The translations under genes and the position numbers were made by a program. A DNA stretch of 61,867 nt, the filler included, from Choristocarpus tenellus KU-1152 (lineage: Eukaryota; Protista; Phaeophyceae), in assembly GCA_964200185.2 (NCBI GenBank). It is 9 parts of 9 records of this genome, joined end to end, with 100 filler letters (N's around TTAATTAATTAA, not from the genome) between each part and the next. Parts side by side here need not be neighbours in the genome. Positions count along the whole stretch, not along the records: positions 51,125 to 54,638 come from CAXNAD020019523.1; positions 54,739 to 59,264 come from CAXNAD020014145.1; positions 59,365 to 61,867 come from CAXNAD020027266.1; 6 more parts are not named here. The stretch is one strand, 5' to 3'. The notes beneath the pieces are model-generated. The model was not told where the DNA came from and did no database searches. It was given only the letters and a program-made list of their open reading frames with translations. This document shows positions 52,482-61,867 of this stretch, in pieces (within the stretch, counting starts at the first letter, position 1; the number at the start of each line of letters is the position of its first letter).

Positions 52482-53047
52482 TGATGGGATCTTGCTTGTC
52501 AAACAGTGCTTTGCATTTTGCGCTATTGACACTTTATATGATAGTCAATGGTACAATTGGTATTTTACTTTTGTAAAGTACATACAAGAAGAGGTAGGAA
52601 GACGTAATACAGGACAAAGAGTCATTTGTCAGTACAACAATGTAGAGAGTGATTGAGAGTCAACAGTCAAAAGGAAGAATTCATTGCCACTGGTTGTTGA
52701 CAATGTATTTAGGTAAATATTTTCCTCGTGGACAAGAGCAGCTCACTTCGTTCTGAGTAGTGGATAATAATATACCCTAACCAACCTTCTGAAGAGCGCT
52801 GGGATCACCATTGTTACTTTCACCTTGCTCGAGGTCATGATACAAGGTCATGGTTAACAGCTTTGTTTGGTTATGCATCAGAAGCTCAAGATAAGAGGAC
52901 TTTACACAAAAATAAGTTCCATTAACAAAAATTATCTCAAATTCAAACAAAGATTTTCCAATGCCGTCCAGTGTGATGATGGTATGCCTTACGTGCATGG
53001 CACCGCTGTAAAAGACTACTGAGCACTACACTGACAGCTGTGTTGTG

Positions 53048-54435
53048 TCACAACTGATTCACCAAGTCTATCCCCCCACTACTGCTGCCTGTCCTAAAAG
53101 TCCACAAGTCAACCTCCCCTTCGCCACTGCTTGTTCCCAAAGCCCCCAAGTCAACCTCCCCTTCACAACTGTCCCACCACTTCCCAACACTCCTCATGTC
53201 TCTAGACGCAATGTAGATATATGAGGGCACCAATAATGTGGTCGTCCATCCTACTGTTTTCCCTTGACTCTGCTTCCAACTTCAAGTCCTCCTCAGCAGC
53301 CCTCCGTAACTGATGTCGACTCCTTGATCCCGGGCTTGCTGCTGGCCTGAACCTCCTCATTGCCTCTACACCCTCCATTGAAGAGTACTCCACTGACCCC
53401 CCATCCCTGCCGAAGTCACAGGATGTGGAACCTTCTTGTGGGGGTCCATCACTCATACTCATGTCAAAGTCTTGGTGCACATCGTTGGTTGGGGGTCCAT
53501 GCACTGCAAACAGGAGAAGATATGGAGGGACCCAACCATCTGGCATTTTTTTGGAGGGGGGGGAATAGGGGAAACCTGGGGCAAAGGTCTCTCCCCCCTG
53601 ATCCAGAAGAGGGTAGTTCGTCGCTGGGCCTTTCTGGGGTGACGCTGGCAGGATTGGAAGTGGGACCTCCTGAATCAGGCCCCACCACTTTAGGCTCAGT
53701 CGCCGCTGGAGATCCACCTTCGTTCTCCCCCGCTCCAACAAGGTCGATGGTACTCCCAGTAAGCCTCGATTTCTCCTGTTCCTCCCACAACAGGTCGCAC
53801 AGCTTCTACAGGCAGTCCGTCTCCTGCTCCCCAGATCGCGACTTTCCTCCAGGAACAAGACTGGGAAGCAAGGAATGTATTGGATGTGTGTATGTTAAGA
53901 CACTCGCCATTGAGCGTTGTGATTATGGATTTTAGGTGTGTAACCTACGAAAGTGAAATGCAATACAGCAGGAGCTCAGCAACATATACTTTCATACTCA
54001 CGTCAGCCAGAGGGGGATGTACACGTTGGTGACAATCTTCTGCGCCTTGGCCCACCTGGACCATATCGAAGTGTTCGCACTTAAGAATGTCTTCGGAATG
54101 GCCTTCTTCCTGGTTCCCAACTTTTTCTGCTCCAACACTTCCTTCGTCAGAGTCCAGGGGGTCAAGTCTGGGGCTTCCTCTCCTTACAACAAGAATCTAA
54201 GGACCGCCACTTCCATGTATATTTGCGTTGCCAAGGCATGTCTCGAATTTCGTGAAACTGTGCTTCCGCATTCCTTCACGGACCTCGCCGCATAGGCGAT
54301 GGGAATCGCTTGGTACGACTTCAAATGAGCAACCGTCATCTTTGAACCGCACGTTTTCTTCAGTCTCTTTAGTACCCATGACACCCCAGCATTCAGTTCG
54401 AAGCCTATGCCCGTGACCGCATCCTGATAAGCCAC
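53048..54435 (-). mobile_element. Degenerate convergent second ORF, probable Harbinger accessory protein
   Basis: Coding-like fragments (IWSRWAKAQKIVTNVYIPLW; KLCDLLWEEQEK; KMPDGWVPPYLLLFAVHGPP) with a likely intron at 54001-53861. It lies tail-to-tail with the transposase. Confidence 0.5.
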
Positions 54436-54529
54436 AATTCAGTATTCCAATACTCTTGTATCGGTATTGACATTCGAGGGTTAGACGTTACAGTGGAGTG
54501 GTGTGATCCAGACTACGCCAAATTGTTTC

Positions 54530-54638
54530 GGAGTGGCATTGTCTCGACGTGTCGTGCGTTTTATGCTGGAGTCACCAGGGAGATGGGCACGTATGGGTCT
54601 GTTGGATTCTTGGGATGCTTCCTTAGCTCCCTCCCCAG
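54530..54638 (+). mobile_element. Fragment of the CRE-like element C-terminus
   Basis: GTGGCATTGTCTCGACGTGTC...TTGGATTCTTGGGATGCTTCCTTAGCTCC matches 46454-46558. Confidence 0.8.
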
Positions 54639-54738
54639 NNNNNNNNNNNNNNNNNNNNNNNNNNNNNNNNNNNNNNNNNNNNTTAATTAATTAANNNNNN
54701 NNNNNNNNNNNNNNNNNNNNNNNNNNNNNNNNNNNNNN

Positions 54739-54832
54739 GGAGCTTTTCATTGAGGATGGGCTTGACCCAAAATTGACTTGGATAAAGTGTCGATATGTTT
54801 TTGGGTCAAGCCCATCCTCAATGAAAAGCTCC
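54739..54832. repeat. Perfect 34-bp inverted repeat with a 26-nt loop, truncated by the linker
   Basis: GGAGCTTTTCATTGAGGATGGGCTTGACCCAAAA (54739-54772) is the exact reverse complement of 54799-54832. Confidence 0.9.
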
Positions 54833-57092
54833 ATCCTCAATTTTTGAAATCGGCTGTTCACTACTGATGCACCTCCACGGAAAGCACTACTCCAGTAGTG
54901 TGCTATTAAAATGGTATGTTATCTAGTAGTTTAGAGTGGTAGCTCGTTGGGGGTTTTTGCTTCGTACTGTGAGTTTTTCGCAAAGGAAGTGCTGTTTCTG
55001 CAGTCTTTTGTTATGGCGATCTGGTTGTGGATAGGTAATCTGGGTTGCTTCCCACCATAAAAAAGCTAAATGCAACCAACAAGATAAATCCACTCATAGA
55101 TAGGCAGAATCATGAAACCGAAGGATACTCTTGTAGCTCTGATGATACTAAGTCACCAACAACATGGAGAAAGCTTAAAACTAAGGGGCAAAACATCAAC
55201 GTAGAGCTGATGATCAATGTGTACAGATGTCTGGAGTGGTAGTATCTGTCCGCGGCAAGCATGTCCTGTACTGCTGGGTAGTGTTGTATATTTCTTGCAT
55301 ATCAGCAGTAAATCTGCAGTAGAATAAGTGGTGGTACTGAAATGCGTGCCCACGAATCTACTGCAGCATGCATCATAAAAACATTACATCTTCAGGACAT
55401 GATAGAAGTGAACAGTATCTCCTAAAGTTATGTTTTATTTTGCTGATAAACACAACCCTATACTAGGTGGGATTATAGTACAATTGAAAGAACTCCTGGC
55501 TTGGTAAAATTAGTAGTAATTATATATGTGGAGGTGTTGAGGTTGTGATAACTGCGCGTAGTAACTGCTTTCCGCGTGTGTTGTTTTCTGGGCGCAGGTC
55601 CAAGAACGTTATAGAATGAGTGTTTCAATCAATCTAACAATCACTAAAATCTGTGTTTGTGCTTTGAGGACTCAGCTGTAGCAGCTGAAATGGCTGCATT
55701 GTGGTTGTGCTAGATACACAACAATGGCGAGATCATATATTTTGACTCATTCATTCGATGAAAACATCAATCAATAAAGACCATAGAAGAGCTACACGGT
55801 TAGATGATTGCACACACAGGCTTTCGGTCGCACAGTCCACACAATATACGACATGCAGTGACCAAGGCAGGTGCTTCCTCCCTTCACCTCGAGGGAGTGC
55901 AAAACATTCTTACAATCAAGCAGGGGACAGGGCACCCTTCATTGAGTGGCATACCTAAGTCCGTCATCACTATGCATTATTTTGTCTTCCTTTTCCATGT
56001 GTTGGTACCTCCTTGTAATGCAGTCTGCAGAGCTTGATGTTGTCCTTTTTTGTATGTTGTACCCTATGCTCCAGATAAATAAAGTTTACTATTTTCTGCA
56101 AGAAAACAGCAATGAACGCAGTTTGAAAGGGACCACACGCACAGAGAGCACAGGCAGACAGGATGGACGAATGGCAGCGAAAAGCAAACATGGCCCCGAC
56201 AGCTATACCCTCCTACCTTCTATTGCCAACAATATTTGGACTAATGCTTAGTTCTTTTTGTTGTACGTACGTCATGAAATTTTATAGATACCGTTACCTT
56301 CTTCTTCTAAGAAGAGTGGGTTCATATTGTTCATGTTTATTATGTGGACTTGGATGACGGGTCTTACTTGTCGGGGCCCAGGTCTTTGAAATTAGACACC
56401 CTCTTGCCTGGCATACTGATAGATAGGTAGGCTCAGGGCCTGTGCTATACCACAAAGGGCGTTTTCACTACCAGAAGACACCCTGGTTACTACAGCCAGT
56501 CAATCATTGCAAAAAGTAGTACGGCCCCACATGGTTGCACTTTCACTGTTCAGTCGGTTTCTGATCGAGCAGGTTTGTCCAACCATACATATTGGTATAA
56601 CCATGAGAAATGTTGACACGGTCACAACGACCGTGGTTGTATTTGTCATGGTAAGCAACCATTACGGAGTGAATTTCGAGGGTAGGCTTAGGTATGTCAA
56701 AACTAGTGTTGCGAATTAAAATAATTTATGAGTGTAAGTTAAATCGACTCGATAAATCTCGAGGTACTCCATTATAATCCAGGTATGCTTGAAGCGTATG
56801 GGGGCAAGGTAAATGGTTCTTGGCTGGTGAGGGGCCCTGCTAGAGGTGATTTTTTTACGTACTCCTCATTTATGTCCGCTTTCCCCAATGCTAGATACAC
56901 CTTGATGTGTTGTCCTAGATGCATTTTTCCATGTATGTCTTGATGTTTTCAAAAAATACATGGACACTGAAGACTTATCAAGAGGAAGATTATAGAATGA
57001 AGACTGATAAACGATATTTTTAACATTTGACATATCTACTAATAAATCTATGTATGTAGTGGCTAGACATTGATGTTGCAGTTTTCAGGTAG

Positions 57093-57351
57093 GAGTCAAA
57101 GTATCTTAGAGGGTAAGAGCCGCGTCCGTTTGGGGCCAAAGTCCAATGTTGCGATTTTGATGTACTTTTCGCTGTCGTGTTTGTTATCAAGTGTCAATAT
57201 CCTTGTTCCGAACACATCTTTTCATAATGTATACATTTTACCTACTCCAAAACATTTCGGAGTAGGAAAAATGTCATAGGAAACCCGTGGGAAACCAAGT
57301 CCCAAACGGACAAACAGGGCTAAACTCGTACCTTCTAAGATACTGTCACTT
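57093..57351 (+). mobile_element. MITE family B copy
   Basis: GAGTCAAAGTATCTTAGAGGG...CTTCTAAGATACTGTCACTT; flanked by GTAG/GTGG. Confidence 0.88.
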
Positions 57352-59409
57352 GTGGTACTGTTCCTGCGGCCTTTTTTCGAAGCCTCTAAATCCATCCACT
57401 TTCATCCCGGTATTTTTGTGAAGGAACACAACAAGATCATTTTCTGGGTCCACTGTTCCGTTTGGAAGTCGCAATATTCCCGGTTGCTGAGAACATATGT
57501 TTTCTGTGTATCAGAAACGGCCAAAAGGCAGTGAGCAAATTTCCCCAGGCGCAATAGTTAGAAGCTCCTTTCCCGTCACCACTTGAGCTGTTTATTTTAA
57601 GCTCCACTACCCAAGTCAATTATGGGGAGTCCTTCTGCAGCCTTGAACTCATCATTCTCAACATATATATGCTATTTTTTCCCTGTCCTCCAATATCCCA
57701 CCAGCAGCAGCTGAACCTCCCCTACACATTGCAAGGAGGCAGTTGCAAACCTCTTGTGTCTTTTGTGGGAGGACTGGGCCTCTTCGATACAGATAATGAG
57801 CTAAACCAATATTTGAGAGATAGGCAGGTTTGGACACTATTGCATTCTAAGTAATATTTCTTACCATGTGCAACACACTCTATTTAATTTCCTTATGTAC
57901 CCAATAGTGTACGCTCAATGATGTTCCCCCTTTCCACACACAAAGAGATATCACAGTTCAGCAAACGTTCTTTCTAATATTTTTGTAGAAAATTGCATCT
58001 TTCTGTGCTTTTTCGAGATCCTTAAAATGCAGCCCTGCCTACCTATCAATTGGCTTGGGTCAATATGAGTACGTGGGCTTGGTTCCACAACAGGAGTGTT
58101 CTCTGCTTCCTGTGCTCTGCACTCCTTCTCCATAATACCTAAGACTTCCAACTATACTTGCCTCCAAATATCCTCATGCCCATTTTCTGGAATGCCGGGA
58201 AGGATTTGGTTCTGGGGTCTTCAGCAAGTAGCCAGGACCTGCTTCCATTTTATTCCTCTCGGCTGCCTATTCTAAAAGTAACTGAACAATTTTCCTGCCT
58301 AAATCGCCCAAAGCAATTTACGAAATCAGTTATCATTACTTCTGCACCTTCACGTATAGCATTTTCCGATTCCACCTGTTCAGGGATGGGGGCTTGGAAG
58401 GTACTGCAGGCTTGCACTGCTTCAGCTCCACTTATCGTACACTGTAGATAATGGGGAGGACAAGAGAAACTGTCACATATGTCTCACCCTTGAGAGTCGT
58501 CCGTGCTTCCACGATGGGCTCCAGCGACTTCTTGACCAGACTTGTCACTTGAGTATAGCAAAAGAGCAAGTAAAAGGAGGCAATATTGGAGGTGGGAAGG
58601 TAAGGTTAAAGATGATAATATTGGAGAGGTACAAAACATAAAAAAAAAAACGAACATGACACAATATAATTGGTAGTTGGTGACCTTGACGCAACTATAA
58701 AATTGAACGAAGGAACGTGGCGTCTACGTGATAGATGCCAATTTAAAAACCTGGAAGACATGAGTAGCTGTTGCGTCTTTTCTTAAAGGCTTCACATGGA
58801 AGAATGTGACTTCCAGACATCAGTCCCCCTACAAAAACGTTTGATTTCTGTTTTACATTTCTATACTAAGAGCTTACCTCCACCTCGAATGTCAACATGC
58901 TCTGTGGGTGAACATTAGTGTTCTCTTGAAGAATGATGGTACAGGTTCGAGATACAGGAAGCGCTTCACCATTGAATATGTGGACCACCAATGAGTTCGC
59001 ACATGTTATATCGCTCTGAGCCGAAGTAAACGAGAGGTCCCCAGGTTTTGGCTGCTTTGTATTTGAAGTCTATTTTTGCTATCTGCAATTCACCAATACT
59101 TGTATGGATGAAGTCTACTGTTTGAAACCTTTCCGACACAATTCAGAACATATCCTACATACATTTGAAATAAAGTCGAATTTTGAACAATAATACATAC
59201 ATACGTGTTCTTTCAGTAGTTATTAATATTTATGAAAGGGTGATGTGGTTTGTACAAGAAAGGGNNNNNNNNNNNNNNNNNNNNNNNNNNNNNNNNNNNN
59301 NNNNNNNNTTAATTAATTAANNNNNNNNNNNNNNNNNNNNNNNNNNNNNNNNNNNNNNNNNNNNTTTGTTTTTTTTTTTTTTTGTTTTGGTTGTGGTTTT
59401 TTATTCACC

Positions 59410-59589
59410 AAAAGGTTGGGGGGGGGGGGGGGGGGTGGTGGTTTACCCCAGGGTGTCCATTTGGACAAAACAAGGAAAAGCTCATTTTCATTATTAATCC
59501 GTATGGAACCGAATCACCCAAAAATCGCGACATGAAAAAGTTGACCCCAAGTGGACAGCCGCCACCCTCCCCCCCAGATACTTTGATCC
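59410..59589 (-). mobile_element. MITE family A copy with a degraded left edge
   Basis: ...TTGACCCCAAGTGGACAGCCGCCACCCTCCCCCCCAGATACTTTGATCC. Confidence 0.8.
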
Positions 59590-60081
59590 ATTTTTTGTTG
59601 AAGGAGAGGGAGGCGTGTCCAAGTAGTCTATAGACCCCGTACATTTGATTGATGTATTTGTTCTTTCAGTAGAATACAACCACTGTACTCTCTACCCAAG
59701 GTTCCAATTGGGAAAGAAAAATGATTGTGATTTTCAATGATTTTCAAATATATTTTGGTGCTAGTTGATTTTTTTGCTCTGTTCAGAATAAGCCTCGTTC
59801 TCTTAGGGTTAAGGAAAATATCATGTGTCCATTCACTCAGGGGGTTTGGATCAAAGGGAGAATAGAGGTAATTTCTCAAGTACCATTCGGACGTGAGTGT
59901 TTTGTTTGCCTCGCTTCTTCTTTGCTAGTTGTGGTGGCATGAGCATGCGTGCGTACATGATTAGCACCTGTTTGATTTCCTGCTAGCAAAGGTTGGGCTA
60001 TATCTAGGTCTATTCTTGTGTTCTCATTCTACAGTAGTGTTTATCGATTTGGGGGATTCTAGATAGGTTTCTGTGGTGGTT

Positions 60082-60333
60082 GAGTCAAAATATCTTAGAA
60101 GGTAGAGCCGTATCCATTTGGCGGCCAAAACCCAATATTGCAATTTTCATGTAATTTTGGCTGTCATGTTTGTTAGGAGATGTCAATATCTTTGTTCCAG
60201 ACATACCTTTTCATGAAGTATACATTTTTACCTACTCCGAAATGTTTTGAAGTAGGCATTAAAAACCCATGGGAAGCCAAATCCCAAATGGACAAAAAGG
60301 GACAAACTCATACCCTCTATGATACTTTCACTC
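60082..60333 (+). mobile_element. MITE family B copy
   Basis: GAGTCAAAATATCTTAG...GATACTTTCACTC; flanked by GGTT/GGTT. Confidence 0.9.
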
Positions 60334-60640
60334 GGTTGTACTCGTAGGTTTCGATGGCTCTGTGATATTTTGATCTAACTTTGTGAAGGAACCATGCTTA
60401 CTTGCCCTAATCCACCTGTCTCACGGGTTGGAACCAGTTCTCTTAGTTTATCTCCTTATTTTTATTCTTTATCATCAACAAAACAATATTATATATATGA
60501 TCCAGCAGAAGCAATTTATACAGTACATCCTAGAGGGAACTCATCTATTGATTTGGTAACTAACCGATTTGATATGTGTTCTCAAGGCACCGTTAATGTT
60601 ACTGGAGATGATCATGACAGGTCAGTCGGACTCTGGGTTG

Positions 60641-60899
60641 GAGTCTAAGTATCTTAGAGGGTAGCGCCGCGTCCATTTGGGGGTCAAAATCCAATGTTAC
60701 GATTTTGATGTAATTTTGGTTACTTTATTTGATACGAAGTGTCAACATCTATGTTTTGGACACACCTTTTCATAACGTATGCATTTTACCTCCTCCTAAA
60801 CATTTTGGAGTAGGAAAATATAATTAAAAAAAACATGGGAAGCCAAGCCCCAAATGGACAAACAGGGCAAAACTCGTACCCTCTAAGATACGTTCACTC
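60641..60899 (+). mobile_element. MITE family B copy
   Basis: GAGTCTAAGTATCTTAGAGGG...CCCTCTAAGATACGTTCACTC; flanked by TTG/TTG. Confidence 0.9.
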
Positions 60900-60999
60900 T
60901 TGTTTATTCCCTCTAGTGTAGACGTTAATATTAAAAGATCCCTGCTAGGTGGATGACACTTATGCATTATTTTTCATACTTCCCCACCCACATCGAACA

Positions 61000-61760
61000 A
61001 GCCTGCTCATTCTCCCTTCGCTGGGTCCTGCACCCTCTATGTTGTGACCTCCAATCGATTCTCCTGACACGAATTATTTGAGGAATTATACAAGACCTGT
61101 CTCGATTCACACTAAATCGACCCTGCTGAAGCCTGGAGTGGCGTGCGTCACCACTGATTTGGCGTGTGTTGGTGTGTTTTGGGTAGGTTCTACCTGTTAG
61201 GGTCAAAAGGGCTTGTGGTCCATAGTTATTGCCCAAGAAGGAGGTGTTCAAGGACGTATCTTGATCAATTTGACGCGATTTCGAGCCAAAGCAATCGAGA
61301 ACTAGGCAAGCTTGGATCCTTTTGCATTCTAAGTCGCCTTTCTTTCCCTGTGCCATACACCCTGATTTCATTTCCCTTTTGTGCGAATAGTGTACACATA
61401 ATTGATATTTCCCATTTCCACACACAAAGTGGCACCACAATTTAGCAAAGGCTGTTTCTGTAATTGTACAAAATGGCATCCTTTTGCTATTTCTCAGTAT
61501 TCTTATAATTCAACCTTGTCTGTCTTTGATTACTTCTGTACAAATTAATGTCATGATCGATACACGATTTACTCTCGGAACTACCCCATGTGTACATTCG
61601 CATGTGAAATACACTACCAACCGTGATGGTGTGTACAAAAGATGAAATTGATATTTTCTCACAGGACTCATCAGTGGGCGGGGTCGGTCACCATTGGGTT
61701 CCTTGTAAAGAGTAGGCCAGCCTTGTTCGATGCAGTTCAATACTAGCAATCCATCAAGCA
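61000..61760 (-). mobile_element. Highly degenerate Ty3/Gypsy integrase region
   Basis: IEQGWP, VVPRVNR..I, GKYQLCV and CFG remnants occur in the order expected for a Gypsy connector, zinc finger and integrase core. Confidence 0.35.
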
Positions 61761-61839
61761 CGACTTACAGTTACAGTTGCGCGGGTCAAAACGGAGAGGC
61801 CTACCATACGTGTTTGTTGATGTAACATATGTTAATATG

Positions 61840-61867
61840 GGCTCAAAGTATCTGGGGGGGTGTGGCG
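61840..61867 (+). mobile_element. MITE family A left end, running off the window
   Basis: GGCTCAAAGTATCTGGGGGGGTGTGGCG. Confidence 0.75.

Overview
Eukaryotic, intron-rich, transposon-laden nuclear DNA. It is probably from a photosynthetic stramenopile such as a brown alga or relative (inference from gene and TE types). The window is nine segments joined by eight identical 100-bp linkers (44 N + TTAATTAATTAA + 44 N), so adjacency across a linker is unreliable. Hand-spliced genes: the 3' part of a GH30 glucosylceramidase-like enzyme with ricin-B repeats (+); a complete 3-exon delta-12 desaturase (-); nine exons of an axonemal dynein heavy chain (+); a complete HAD phosphatase of HDHD1/PUDP type (+); complete RPL21 (-); and the 5' part of an LRR gene head-to-head with RPL21. 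Repeats: two related MITE families (13 copies or fragments), a CRE-like RT+RLE retrotransposon with many 3' remnants, RTE LINEs, a two-gene PIF/Harbinger element, and hAT, DIRS-like, pogo-like and Gypsy relics. I found no unambiguous new multi-gene system. The best leads are MITEs with mixed 3-bp and 4-bp target duplications, a ~590-bp tail-to-tail retrotransposon inverted repeat with clustered insertions, a candidate intronic H/ACA snoRNA in RPL21, two GC-AG introns, three clustered TGACGT boxes upstream of the desaturase, and a helix-extension-helix-like first exon on the desaturase.
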